The notes below the pieces were generated by a model. The model was not told the DNA's origin. It did no database searches and worked only from the letters and a program-made list of their open reading frames with translations. Below, piece after piece: positions 28,600 to 43,220 of a stretch of 64,000 nucleotides of DNA (its first letter is position 1; each line of letters opens with the position of its first letter). This DNA is from Octopus vulgaris (Eukaryota). The stretch lies in contig OX597826.1 of assembly GCA_951406725.2 (NCBI GenBank), positions 17,236,001-17,300,000 of the forward strand, read 5' to 3'. A program made the position numbers and the translations under genes.

Positions 28600-31500
28600 T
28601 GCTACGCGCATGATCTTTCTCAAGAAAGACAAGGGTCTGTAGTTCTCCAATACAGTGCATATGTCATGCGTATTTTAAATGCTTACAATGCAGCTAATTT
28701 CAAACGAAGTTTTGAAATTAGGGTAATGAAATATGAATAGCAATTTGATATAAAAAAATATAATTACTTTAGATTTTAATATAAAATATAAATAACAATT
28801 TTAAAAGTTTTCGCTGTAAATAAGAAGTTATTTTATATCAACAAATAAGGTTCGTGGTTTCATGGTTTACTCTCGATGACTCTACAGGTTGTTTTCTTTT
28901 GGTGAAACGCTTAATTCGCCTCGACGCATTTAAACATCAGAGATAACATGTGCATTAGGGAAGTGATATAGATGTTTCTCGAAAGTTAGTTTACTTCTTT
29001 TCGCTTATGATTTTTGTAAATTGATAACCCAAAAGTTCGGTAGCACATATCTGCGATATCATTGTTGTTAGTATCCCGGTAGTGAAATTGTATCAATGAC
29101 CAGGGATCAGGTCGCAAAAGTGTGGTGAAATTTCGGCACTAGATAGAAAGGGTTTTCAAAATCAATGAAAAAGTAAACACGGTTTGTTATGAAGAAGGTA
29201 TTAATGTTAGCTCAATGTTATAGTGTGTAGCATTTTAGTGGTTTTGTGAGTAATGACTTCGATTCACACAATATACTTTATGTGAAGTTAATTTAACTTT
29301 CAATCTAGTCAGGTATTTGTGGTGTTGCAGTTGTGTATTTATCATTCTATTGATTAATCTATTAATTTCTTCTAATAACTGTTATTGTTTGGTTTAATTT
29401 ATTCTATTGACTTCTTTATCGAGTTCACCACTTGTAGAGTAAACTCCAAATACTCTATGTAAAGATTTTCTTTCTCGTATCCAGGTAAATGCATTTATTT
29501 TCTGTATCCAGGGACAGGTATTTATTTTCTGTATCCAGTTATTATATGCATTTGTTTGTGGCTTTTATGTAAATGGGTTCGACGTTCCTATGATTTTATG
29601 ATTATTCATGTCTAGAAATGGAGCTTTATTGCTGCGAATTAATTTATAGCGTTCTGAATAAGGATTTCTAATGCAAAATTATTTTCTAGTTTTTTTCAGA
29701 ATTTTCCCACCTCTCTTGCTATCACCATTACAACGAGTGTGTCGTCCTTGTATCTGGTATATATTGTATACGTTTTGTTTTCCATTTTGGCCGGGAGGGA
29801 ATGGAGCCCTTAACGAAGAATCATAGCTACTTCATCGTTTTGCAGGTCTTATAGACAGTAACAGAATAATCTTTCTTTATACTGTATATGTACGCTAATA
29901 ATTTCTTTAGTATGTTCACCGATATCGTTGAAGATTTCATTCTTAGTTGCTTGTATATATTATTCGAGGGCTTTTTTTTTCAGCCACTGAAATATTGTAA
30001 ACATACTTTCTATGTCGAAGTTAGGAATCACGCTTAGATTTAAGTCTTAGATCACTAAAACCTTTTCAGATGACTATATTATATTATATTATATTATATT
30101 ATATTATATCATATTATATTATATTATTGTTGGAGACGGTGTGTATTGCTTAATAATCATATCAAATTGTTTAGATGATGATGATAGATTTTATTTGAAA
30201 TACCGTCGGTCATCAGGGCTAGTTTTGGTTCTTTACGTGTTAGTTCTTCTAGTGCTATATTCTAAGAGGTGTTCACCCTCAGTGGTGGAAAATAAGAAGC
30301 TTCTATAATGGCTGCAGTCTCTTCAATCAGCATCACATATATTTTTCTAAGTCGTTATAAATGCATTTTGATGAGGACCAAGTTCTATATTTTGGTCGGA
30401 TATTCTTCATAATCCATGACTACGAATATATTACTTATGTAACTTTTACATTTTAGGATAGTCGTCAACTTTCCCTGTCTTGGTCAATGTGATGACCACA
30501 CGCTACACATCTTCCTGCGAGCACTGCTGTAAACAGCGGAAGTTAGCTAGAATTTTGAAAGTTAGTGCGCATGCACAGCAGAGTTCAAGGTCAATCTGTT
30601 GCACCAAGCGGATTCACTCTGCGTGCATTATTAGCTTCGTTACTATGGCGACAATGCGGATACTTCTTTATCAGGGCCTAAATAACAGTAACATTCGTCC
30701 CAACCAGGACTGCCACATTATGTTGGCAAATAATCTTTACTTTAAAGGACTGTTAGTGAATGCTTCTCATTGAGAGATTAAGAAATGATAATTTTTCTAT
30801 TTACTAGATCAGTAACAGTGTGTCACTTTGAAAATTATATATTTTCGAACAGGAATTTAGCAGCGCCATCTCTAGCCAAGGAAGAGAAATAGCTGAGGAA
30901 GAGAAATAGCCCAGAAACCGTGGTACGCCGATATTGCTTTGTGCTGAGTGGGGATGCTAAACTCCCTTTTTTCGAAAATATAAGGACACAAATACTGTGG
31001 TTTATAGGCATCTGGTGACGGATGTTTCCTGGGCTAAATAACAACGACATTCGTCTCAACCAGGACTGCAACATTATGTTGGCATATAATATTTACTATA
31101 TATATTATATAAACATAATCTTTACTATATATAATATATATAATATTTATATAAGTAGTTGCGTGTGTATATATATATATATATGTGTACACATATAACT
31201 ACTTATATAAACATATATATTATATATATATTAGTATTTACATTATATTTGTGATGATTTTATTTCGTAGAATCCCTTAGCTTTGATAGAGTGTTTGGAT
31301 TTCGACTGCTTTCTGTATTGGTCAGCTTTCGGTTATATGGAAGTTTGTATCGAGTGTGAGACGTGAAACTGAGATGTACTTTGGAGTGAAAATGAAATGT
31401 GAGAAGTTGGAAAATGTATTTAATTATTGTTTGACAGAATTTTGCTTTGCTTGCTTTCCTATTATTACAGTATCTAGTTTTTCATGGGGAGATGCCTGTA

Positions 31501-32300
31501 TGTTATCAATATCTGGATATATATTGTCCACTAAGAGGATTTATTTATCAATACTTGTCCTTAAGTGTAGATTTATGACGGTTCTGGTCGAAGTTTTAGC
31601 TTCAAAACGCTGTCATGATACAACCTTATTAATTTCCGCTAATACAACCGAAGAAGTCTGGAAACTCTTCCTTGGATACAACGGCGAGACATTCAGTCAA
31701 TCGAGAAATGAGATATCAGCATTTAACCAGAAATTCCATGTTTTAAAACACTTTCTGTCCGAAAGCTTTAGTTAGATCGACGAAATCTGTATTATGTACT
31801 TCATATTTGAAATATAAATTTTCTCATCAATCTAATGCAAAAGAAAAATCTGATAGGAAATCAAATTCAGGGTAAAAGACATTTCGGAGGCGAGTGAATA
31901 TTCTTCAGGGGTGTTGCTAGTGGGTATTTCACTACAGATGACGAGTGAGAGTTCACAAATAATTTTCTATCTATAATCTTGAAAAGATAGTCTATGAAGG
32001 TATCCTTGTGGTCTGCAGGTAATGGCCGACCATCCACATAAATTAAAATAACCCAAGAAGATTAGGCGAAAGACAATATTTTCAAGGTGGCTTGTCCGCG
32101 GAAAGTTTTCTGATAGAGCGCTGGACTTCTTTGACGCATAGTTCACAACACAACTAAAAGGTTTCTGGTTTTTGAGATATATAGATATGGAGGCCAATAC
32201 ATTGATTGTAGGATTGTTATAAAAGACATTGTCAAAATCTTCTTCAAACACTCACAAATTTAATTTAGTTCAGATCAGTCATGGTTATCACCTAGTTCTG
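28600..32300 (-). mobile_element. Decayed Penelope-like retroelement (RT plus probable GIY-YIG remnant), interrupted at ~30480-31230
   Basis: Minus-strand motif remnants in PLE order: NIFVVMDYEEY (~30430; DKGxxxVIMD), NFDIESMFT (~30010; SFDVESLFT), QNDEVAM (~29835; QxDGxAMG), YTRYKDDTLV (~29745; RYVDD), PFLDM and IYIKAT (~29600; PFLD..VYRKPT). Many stops and frameshifts; boundaries approximate. Confidence 0.8.
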
Positions 32301-32548
32301 CTCCCTCTGCCACTGTAGCCTTGAACTGGGGTTTAATATTTTTGAACCTAGACTATAAATAGTCAAACCCAGTTGAATATTAATCTAGGTTTTTTTTTAC
32401 CCTACCACAACATGTACTTGACTCAAGCCGGCAATGCTCTCAGAATAATTATCCTACACCAGCTCAGCACCACACTAAGACACTACCATCAAAGGAAGAA
32501 ATGAAGATACTAAACGCCATCACTGGCGAGATTTTGAAGTGAAATGGA

Positions 32549-32798
32549 TACTCTTTATTCTTTTACTCTTTATTTTGTTTCAGTCATTTGACTACGGTCA
32601 TGCTGGAGCACCACTTTTAGTCAAACAAATCGACCCCAGGACTCACTCTTTGTAAGCCCCATCGGTCTCTGTTGCCGAACCGCTAAGTTACGGGAATGTA
32701 AACCAGCATCGTTGTCAAACGATGGTGGCCGAGCCAAACACAGACACACAAACATACACACAAACATACACACACACACACACACATACACACACACA

Positions 32799-32869
<71 letters not shown>

Positions 32870-34172
32870 GCATGCATATATAGGTACAGGAATAGTGAAC
32901 GCTGGAAGAAATATTTTTGTTTTTGATTTTTTTTAAAGAAAAGATAGAAGAGAGTGAGAAATAACGCGTCCGCTCTTTTGAACGTCGGTGCAGGAAAAGA
33001 AAGATGACAGTGAAAACATACAAAGGACCCTCCATGTTTGTTTTTGTTCGGTTTCCTTGCACGTCTCCACTGTCATGTTTTTGTTCCCAACGTTGACTCA
33101 CTTTAACGTTGAATGCTCGAAATGAGTAGAGAGACAGCCGACAACTGATGAAGGGTCCTTTCTCTGTGTTTACTTGTCCTGTTTTCCATTTTTAGTCGTT
33201 TTTTACGTATTTAACTCGTTTGTTTACGTATTTCATGTTATTTGCACCATTGGTGACATCCTGTACTCATACAGGTATATATATATATATATATATATAT
33301 TATTTATTATTTATTATTTAATTGAACGTGACGCATCTACTTCCAAGTAAGTTTATCTTCACCTTTTTGATGCGACTCTACTGTATACAGTGATTTCTTC
33401 CTCCATCCTTCTCTAATTCCCTTTTCTACTCTCCCTTCACAGCTTTCTATTTGTCTCTCTTCCCCCTCTTTTTCTCTCACTTCCCCCTCTCTTTTTCTCT
33501 CTCACTTACCCCTCTCTCTCCCGTTGCTCATACGTGACGATCGTCCATATGTCTTTTGTTCACCTGACCATTTTATTTTCCTGCACGGACGTTCAAAAGA
33601 GAGGATGTGTTTTTTTCTCTCTCTTCTATCTTTTCTTTCAAAAAAATGTTTCTCCCAGCATTCACTATTCTCCTCTCGTTCTAGTCTAACGACACTCCAT
33701 TTTTGTTTTCCTTCTTTTTCCTTATATGTCTCCATTGTTATAATTTTGTTCCCAACTTTGACCTGCCATAAATCCTAAATTTTATTTTAGAATTTATGGG
33801 AGCAACTGTCTCTGAAGACTCATATTATCGTTAAATGCTCGAAATGAGGAGTGGATAGTCAGCCGACTGATGGAGAGTACTTTCTCTGTGTTTACTTGTC
33901 ATGTTTTCCATTTTTTCTCGCTTTTTACGTATTTCATGATATTTGCACCGTGGGTGAGTGACAGCCTGAAACCAGATTTACATATATATATACATGTGTG
34001 TGTGTATACGCCGGGTTTCTTTCAGTCTCCTTCTACCAAATCCACTCACGAGGGTTTGGTCGACCCGAGACTACTGTAGAAGACACTTGCTCGAGGTGCA
34101 CTGCAGTGGAACTGAACCCGGAACTGTGTGGCTGGTGAGCAAGCTGCTTACCACACAGCCACTCCTGAGCCT
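32549..34172 (-). mobile_element. One family A SINE split in two (3' half 32549-32800, 5' half 34005-34172) by a ~1.1 kb insertion into its internal TA tract
   Basis: Both halves are on the minus strand, in the correct order, and each abuts the CA/TA tract. Confidence 0.75.
32883..33980. mobile_element. Insert with PLE-like inverted plus direct repeat architecture
   Basis: 32890-33006 is inverted relative to 33569-33671; 33030-33262 is directly repeated at ~33695-33968. Confidence 0.65.
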
Positions 34173-34340
34173 ATATTGAACTTCTTAAAATAACTACATT
34201 TACAGTCAATGTTTCTTAGTTTTGTTTATTAAAAAAACTAAAAAATATATGTATGTGTATTATACTTGTATGTATATTTGTATGAATAGATATGCATACA
34301 TACATCTACAATACACACTTATACACATATATGTACAAAC

Positions 34341-34396
<56 letters not shown>

Positions 34397-34550
34397 GTAC
34401 ACATACATACATGCATGCCTACATATATATGTGTGTGTGAGAGTGTGCGTATGTGTGTGTGTATGTGTACACTTTGGATTAAGCTTATTTATAGACATTT
34501 TACAAGCAAGTAAAGTGACAGATACAAAGATAGATAGATAGTTAGATAAC

Positions 34551-34621
<71 letters not shown>

Positions 34622-34655
34622 CCAGCCAGCCAGACAGACAGACTGACAGACAGAC

Positions 34656-34731
<76 letters not shown>

Positions 34732-34736
34732 GGATG

Positions 34737-34827
<91 letters not shown>

Positions 34828-34832
34828 GGATG

Positions 34833-34913
<81 letters not shown>

Positions 34914-35058
34914 AAAATATAAACTGCACTTTTCTTACGTTGAGCACGAAATTGAATATGACAGTTTCTTGTGATAGGTACGTGTTTGTGTGTATTTATG
35001 CTACAATGTATATTTACTTTACGCATTTGCATATGGATATTTGTATGTGTTTATATAT

Positions 35059-35174
<116 letters not shown>

Positions 35175-35287
35175 ATATATATCATATGTATATATGTATG
35201 AAAATACGCTTGAGCGGATGTGGGGGTTCAAAAGATCTCTCAGAGAATGCAAAAAAGTAAAAAGCTAAACTCTAACATATATACATA

Positions 35288-35351
<64 letters not shown>

Positions 35352-35664
35352 CATACATAGATATACATATATACATACACATATATATACATATATACAT
35401 ACACACATATATACATATATACATACATACATATGTATGTATGTATGTATGTATGTATGTGTGGTGTGTGTAATATTCAACTTTTATTCTAAACTTATGC
35501 AGGAATAAACAACATTGCCAGAACATGTGTTCATATATTCTATATCGTTTATGATAAACGGAAAGGCACATATTACAGCTGCCAGAGATGTTTGAGGCAT
35601 GCGTAGAAAGCGGAACAATCCTGTAACGGCGCCATATGTGTATGCTTGGATTTATATATATAAT

Positions 35665-35714
<50 letters not shown>

Positions 35715-35725
<11 letters not shown>

Positions 35726-36047
35726 ATTCGAGACAAAACCACTACTTTAAAACCAAACAAGAAAAGACTTAATCAATACATAAAATTTTAATATAAATTA
35801 AATAAACCGCCACAACAATTGTTTCATGTCTGCTACCGACAATCTTCAGGTGGATTTTCGATCTTCTAATCGGTATCAAATTTTGATACTGATTAGAAGA
35901 TCGAAAATCCACCTGAAGATTGTCGGTAGCAGACATGAAACAATTGTTGTGGCGGTTTATTTAATTTATATTAAAATTTTATGTATTGATTAAGTCTTTT
36001 CTTGTTTGGTTTTAAAGTAGTGGTTTTGTCTCGAATTATATTATATA
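35715..36047. repeat. Near-perfect 333 bp palindrome centred on 35881; each arm carries an HHR motif
   Basis: Arms of ~166 bp with one visible mismatch (35872/35890). Right arm reads ccac-CTGAAGA-ttgtc ggtagca gacat-GAAAC aatt GTT-gtgg (35909-35952). Confidence 0.95.
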
Positions 36048-36121
36048 ATATTTTACTATAAAATTGGATTTAACCCTAAATCTGATTTTTCCCTGTAATT
36101 TTGGATTCATTCCCTAATATT

Positions 36122-36182
<61 letters not shown>

Positions 36183-36280
36183 CTGGGAGAGAGAGAGAGA
36201 GAGAAACTTAAAGAGAGAAAAAGAAATAGAGAGATGTTTGAGTGTATATATATATATATATGTGTGTGTGTATGTATGTA

Positions 36281-36334
<54 letters not shown>

Positions 36335-36751
36335 TATATATAAATTTATATATATATATATACACATATATACATACATAAGTATGTATGCATGAATCTA
36401 TTTATCTATGTATGTATATGCGTATGTACATTGGGAAAAGGTTCTGTTTTTATTTCCCAATAGTTTATTGCACCTACAACTAATTCAATAACAAAGACTG
36501 GATTTAAAAATTCCGGGTGTATTTTCCTGAAAACATTTATCAAATAACAATCATCTGGGTACTTAGTCATACAGATATAAATGGAAATCAAAAAGCAGAG
36601 GAATTAGCCGCTAGGGATACACAAAAAGAAATGATTGATATATAAAGTACATTCTGAATCTATCCTAAACGAAATCATTTGTGGAAAGACTAAAAGTGGA
36701 TGTCTCAAGAGATCGATTATTCGTTATCTCAACCTTATAAAGCTATGCTTT

Positions 36752-36965
36752 TTGGATAATTCAGTCCTTGATATGTTATGTTCTTCGAATAATGTAATCT
36801 TTGATACACTGGGTAGATTAGATAATGTAGTCCTAGACACCAGCATCTTTTAAATAATGTAATGCTAGATACGCTCTGTCAGGTGGATAAAGTTGTCCAA
36901 TACTGCACTATGATAAACGGCTAATGTTGTCCATCATATCAATAGGATTATATAGTCCTAGTCTA
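36752..36965. repeat. Degenerate minisatellite, ~32 bp period, core gataatgtagtcctagatac
   Basis: Six or seven diverged units visible. Confidence 0.65.
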
Positions 36966-37824
36966 GATAAAAGTAACGTATAAAATATATCAGATACTAA
37001 GCGAGTTTAGTAAAGGCATTCTTGGTCCCGAACGAACGATAAGTCGTTGAACTTCATCCTATAAGCAACAGGCCGAACGACATCAGGTTCAAGCTCATAT
37101 GGGGATTAATCAGAAAACCTATGGCATTATATGTGCATGCAAGAAACTACCATTCTCAAGAAGACATTATAAAAATGTTCTTCAAGAGACAAGAAAATGG
37201 AAGAAGTGCAATGTTTATCTTTTCTTTGGAGTACAAGACAACAGAAACATTTAACGGTTTCTAGTAATGCAATGTTTTTCCTTTATCTTCATTATTTTAG
37301 TTATATATGTATGCAGATACACATACACATACGTATATATATGTATATATATAAATGTGTGTGCGTGCGTGTGTGTATGTGTGCGCGCGTGTGGGTATGT
37401 CTGTGAGTGTGTGATTTATTGTCTTTAATTCGGGAAAAATTTACTAAAAGGTTACAGAAGCGACTCGAGACGATAGTTTCCTGACGGCTGCTGGGTCACT
37501 TTCGTAACTTCCTTCCGATTAAAATAATAAAAATGTATATACGCCCATGCATTGAGTTCCATCTTTGTTCTTTGTTCCATCGACATATATATGTACATAT
37601 ATATATGTATCTGTATCTGTATACACACACACATATATATACATATATACATATATATATATATACATGCATATATTTATTTATAAATATATATACACAT
37701 ATAATATATATACGTACACAGATATAGGCATGTATGTATATATGCATACACATATAATATACGTACCCAGATATAGGTATGTATGTATATATACATATAT
37801 ATATACTTACACAGACATAGGTAA

Positions 37825-37865
<41 letters not shown>

Positions 37866-37989
37866 TATAACCGTTAGTACGCATGCACAGCAAAGTACAA
37901 GTTCAATTTTAACCAAGCGGCTTTACTCTACGTGCTTTAGCTTCGTTACTATGGCAACAATCCAGACATCTATTGATCAGCCTCGAATA

Positions 37990-38045
<56 letters not shown>

Positions 38046-38268
38046 GAAATAATATTTTTAAGGCTCTCTAAATGAGAATACGGCAGTGGTACTGCATATT
38101 AATAGTTATCGCCAAGCTAAAATGGCGGTCCATACAAATAGGACGAATGCTGCCGTAGATTTCCTCCAAGAGGCCATCGCCTCAAGCTAGCTATGTGACA
38201 CACGAGCCTGTGTTCATTATAACCTTCGAACAGAGGAGGCCAGCCGCTTCCTCTTGCTGGTCTGGCAA

Positions 38269-38309
38269 CTACAGACTAGTTTCAGGGTATTTGCCCCTTA
38301 TCAAAGCAG
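38269..38309 (-). ncRNA. Type I hammerhead ribozyme, U3-A8 variant; second copy of the 13026 family
   Basis: Reverse complement: ctgct-TTGATAA-gggg caaata ccct-GAAAC ta GTC-tgtag. Confidence 0.65.
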
Positions 38310-38484
38310 ATGGTACAGTTTCCACCATCTGGTGCAAACTGTACCATCTGCTTGCAATATATATCGGTGCAGATTGCATCTAATAACCAGGTGGGGGAGG
38401 CGACCTTAATGGGGTAAAAAGTAGCAGTAACGTCGGTTTCTACGGAACAGGTATTTTCACGTAGTGATAAACATAACTATATAT

Positions 38485-38517
<33 letters not shown>

Positions 38518-38562
38518 TGTGTCTGTGTGTGTGTTTGTGTCTGTGTCTGTGTCTGTGTTTGC

Positions 38563-38597
<35 letters not shown>

Positions 38598-38603
<6 letters not shown>

Positions 38604-39450
38604 CTGCGATGAGTAAAATGTCGCCATTTATATTTTTTATTTCGCGCATGCTCATTGTTTCTTTTAGATTTTGCCGACTACACAGTATAGTAAGGCCAGT
38701 TGGGCACCATTTGTAAGAAAAACAACACCTTGCCGTAATTTACACTTCAAGATATTTGGAACAACATGCTGCACTGCTTCAATACGAACATTTCAGATTG
38801 ATTGTGTGTCAATCTGAGGACAGTGCAATCTGAGGACATGTACCGAGAGTGATAAAAATCAAGCATCCAATCAACATCAGGGTGTTTGGAATGATCACTA
38901 GTCATGGCAACGTTATGCTTCCATTCATCTTCCCACATGGCATCAGACTCAACAGAGAGGCCTACATCAAGTGTCTGGAGGAAGTAGTGCTGCCCTGGGT
39001 CAAGTGAGTTTGCTACTGGAAGACCCTATGTCTGGCAACAGGACTCGGCACCATGCCACACAAGCAGGAGAACCTATTGATGACTGTCAGACAATTTCTC
39101 CGACCACGACACCCCTAACATCTGGCCAGCTAACTCCCCACACTGCAACCCCCTTCATTATTATGTGTGGTGCAGCTGAGCGAGAGACCAACAAAACTCT
39201 TTGTAACTGGAAGCAAGGATTATGGCAACATTCACCAACTTAAACAAACACCATCCAGAAGACTTACAAAATATTCCGATGTCGTCTGGAGGCCGTGGTT
39301 GAAGCCAATGGTGATTTTATTGAATAAATATCATCTTTAGTATTACAAGATATTTTTATGTAATCTTGGTAAATATATCTGTTAAAATGAGATGTCAGTG
39401 TTATTGTCATTTCTGTGTATGTATTTAGACGACAGTTTATTCCCTACACG

Positions 39451-39455
<5 letters not shown>
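38598..39455 (+). mobile_element. Decayed Tc1/mariner-superfamily transposon with DD37D (maT)-type spacing, inserted in a TA tract
   Basis: Remnant translation IFPHGIRLNREAYIKCLEEVVLPWVK...GRPYVWQQDSAPCHTSRRT...NIWPANSPHCNPLHYYVW. 37 residues separate the QD aspartate from the (mutated) last catalytic position. Degenerate ~28 bp TIRs at both ends. Confidence 0.82.
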
Positions 39456-39502
<47 letters not shown>

Positions 39503-40835
39503 CTGATCTGTGATAGAAAATTCAACAAAAAATACTCCATCTGGTGAGAGATAAATATCGTTTACTTAAAGGTCACAATACATGTATTAAAGCGCTACTA
39601 ATATTTTCATATGTGGTTTGCACCTGAAGAATATGGTCGAGTTTTCGCAACTTATGGAACTATTAGCGCTTTAATATATGTTATGTGAACTTTAAATATA
39701 ATATATCAATGAAAGGAATTCCAACTTTGATTCTCGCGTTTTATTTAGAATCTTGTAATAATATATTATAAGATAAGATAATATAATGAAATGATAGAAT
39801 ATTAAATGTTCATTCTTGTTGAACTAGTACTTTCATACATTAAACTATGCAATCTTCCGGTACATATTAGTAGTTTTACAATTTACAACTGTAGTGAGAT
39901 GGCTAAAATGTGTGCCTTAAATACATTTGTATTGGCTCCAGAAAGTTAAGTGTTTCAAACTGTATTCTGACCAATCAGCATGTGGCTTCATTAAATTACT
40001 TAAGTTGATTGGTGTTTGGTTTAGATGTCACGGTTTGTTGAACATGTCAAGAGACCTGTATTCTGACTCTGGCAAAAGCAGTAATTGTTTGGCGATCTTA
40101 AGAAATGTTGTAAACAACATTTCCCAGGGATTTTTACATTTCAGTTACCCTCATCACCATTATCATCACCTTTATCATTGTTGTCGTTGTTGCTGGTGGT
40201 GGTGGTAGAAGTAGCGGTGGTAATAGAACCTTAAACCCTAAATAACCTTATTTTTACTGACTTAGCTAGTATTTTCCTGCTATCGTCATCATGAGAACCT
40301 TTCGTATTGTTGTCGTTGTTAGTCGTAGTGGCCGTAGTAGTAGAAATAGTACCTTAAAGTATTATTATTATTGTTGTTGTTGTTTATTTAGCTTGGGTTT
40401 GAATTTATCAATAAAGTTCTATTCACTGATTCTTATCTCGATTTGGAAATAATGGAAATATTATAAATATTTTCCGACCACATGTTGTCAAATAGTTACT
40501 CAAAGTATCTGGTGGACATCTTGGTCTCTGATTTGCTGTCGGCGCACACGTGAACGCTATTGATAGTGTATTTGCAATGTAACCCAAATATACTTCTTCA
40601 CAATTCAGTCATTTGATGCAGCAAATTAAATTTCTGCTTTTGTAGTTCATATTTACGTTTGTGTGCGCGCGCATGCGCATACACACACACATACACACAC
40701 GTTAGATGCAATAAAAGCTGAAATATAATCGTGTGGTATAAATAATAATATAAACACAAAGAGGGAATGACAAAACTAAAAGAAATTGAGCCAAAATGAA
40801 TATATGTACATATATAGACAGACAGACAGACATAC

Positions 40836-40941
<106 letters not shown>

Positions 40942-40971
40942 GCAGGCAGACAGACAGACAGACAGACAGAC

Positions 40972-41031
<60 letters not shown>

Positions 41032-42025
41032 TAGTTTCAGGATTCGTCAGAATTGAGGCGCAACAACACGTAAGGCGCCAGAAATGGCTAGGTACAGTAA
41101 CAGAGGTTTCACAGTGAGGTAAACCAACCGCATAGGTACCAAATGTTGGAAGGATATTGTAGATATGTAAGTATCAAATCCAATCTAAACCGTGGATACG
41201 ACTCGGAGCTGATTCTAGGCGTGACATAAGTATCAAAAGGGACACATGGGGATATAAATTTTTTTTTCAACAGTTGTTTCGGCAGTAATTTGTTTATATA
41301 TTCATATATTACATCATAGCATATAATCGACCATTCTCAGGTAAAATTTAAACAGGTATAAAAAGATGAGATAATACCTTGATGACGACGGATTTAACCA
41401 CCAATTTGGCATAAGCGATATTTTAAAATATAACTCTATTATCGAAAGTGTTTATACCGGTTTAAAATCTGAACTGAAGATGGTGGATTATATACCATGA
41501 TGTAGTCATGAATACATCAATAAAATTGTACTGAAAGAACAGTCATATATTTCAATCCCCAGCTGAGTTATATATATATATATCATTCAACCACGGCAGT
41601 GGTTCAATATATTCTTAAGTCCACCATTTCCTCAAGTACAAAAGCATCCAAGCTTCACCACTAATTCAGTTCTCAACTAAATTGTAGACTGGTGATTGTT
41701 TTAAAGAGGTCACCTCCTCAGTATAAATGGTTTGGCATAAATAGTTTGAGATTTGGTTCTGTAGAAAAAGTTACATCAAAATATGTCAGACATCGAGGCA
41801 GATATTTATCTTCAATTAACATAAATTAAAAGAATACTTTTCTTATGCTTAAATAATAGAAAAATGCATGAGGAATTCAGAATCGTTAGTCGCATTGAAC
41901 AAACATTAGTAGAAAAACAGTTATGAGGTAGAATGATACGGAATGTAATGTAAGTGAGGAAGTAAGAAGTAACGCTGAAGCAATAAGAATAAAGAATATA
42001 TTTCTAAAATGAAGGCTTGCTTTCT

Positions 42026-42325
42026 GAGGTAGCGAGCTGGCAGCTAACGTTAGCGACTCGGACGAAATTCTTAACGGTATTTCGTCTGTTTTTTATGTTT
42101 TGAGTTCAAATTTCACTGCAGTTGACTTTGACATACAGATTATTCAAACTTTTTTTTTTTTTAACTTAGCACTTTCAAACTTCTGAAACAGGTAGAATGT
42201 GTCACATAGAACAGGGTTTATTCTTAACGTTTTTGACAAAGTTTTGTATTTTAGAAGCGGTAATTCGTCTGTCTTTACGTTCTGAGTTCAAATTCCGCCG
42301 AGGTCGACTTTGCCTTTCATCCATT
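42026..42325 (+). mobile_element. Two family B SINE fragments
   Basis: gagctggcag..aacgttagc...gagttcaaat at 42026; gttctgagttcaaattccgccgaggtcgactttgcctttcatcc at ~42280. Confidence 0.75.
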
Positions 42326-42741
42326 TCAGATCTATTCAATTAGACGTACAGATTATTTAATTATTTTTTTAACTAAACACGTTCCACCCCACCACCCCCA
42401 TCCCCGAACGGTTGGAAATGTTCTCGATGAATGAATTCCTATGACCTCCAAATATTGCAAAATTAGGTTTACTTAAGGTGATGGTTTTGGGGTCTTGTTG
42501 TTTGTAAACTTTGGGTGAGCCATAGTGCAACCAACAGCATGGTAAAAATCCCTGCCATTAATTTGGTGTGGATGGGTAATATCAAATAATTCAATCACAA
42601 CATGTATTTAAATTAAACATGAAAAAAATTGAAGTTTTATCATCATTGAAAATCTTTCAGTATTTTATAAGGTAAAATCTTAAATTATTAATTGACACAT
42701 TAGTAATTATCTTATAACAGCAATGCCTGGAAAAATCATGG

Positions 42742-43220
42742 ATTACATGGGAAAATGCGAGCATGAAAAGTCATGAAGATTATAAACCTGGAAAAGTACA
42801 GGATAAGTTATTACACCTGTAAAAGTATAGGACAAGCTATTCTAGTAATATTTACTTAAAATATTGCAGCTAAAATTAAAATTTGAATATTAAAACTTTA
42901 TATTTTACAAATAACACTATACTTATTTAAGTAGAAATTTGGTTAATTTACTACCTTAAATACAGAAAAAAGTGACTAATTAGACAAACTTACAAATTAG
43001 CTAAACAGTTTTGTACAATAAATTTAGAAGATGAAAACTGTAAAGAATGATAAATTAGAAGAACTGGCATCCTTTGCTGCAATATTTGAAGTAAAAAGTT
43101 TCTTATTCTTTACTTTACTAGAAGTAATAGCTTGCCCTTTACTTTTGTAGGTGTAATAACTTGTCCCAGGTCTATAATCTTAAGAATATGACTTTTCATG
43201 CTCGCATTTCTCCATGTAAT
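42742..43220. repeat. Inverted repeat with ~100 bp arms around a ~280 bp AT-rich spacer (MITE-like or PLE-derived)
   Basis: attacatgggaaaatgcgagcatgaaaagtcat...caagctatt pairs with aatagcttg...atgacttttcatgctcgcatttctccatgtaat. Confidence 0.8.

Noticed and set aside
36752-36965. CRISPR-like repeat/spacer periodicity
   Set aside because: Units are degenerate, the variable parts are only ~12 bp, the context is eukaryotic and there are no cas genes; it is a minisatellite.
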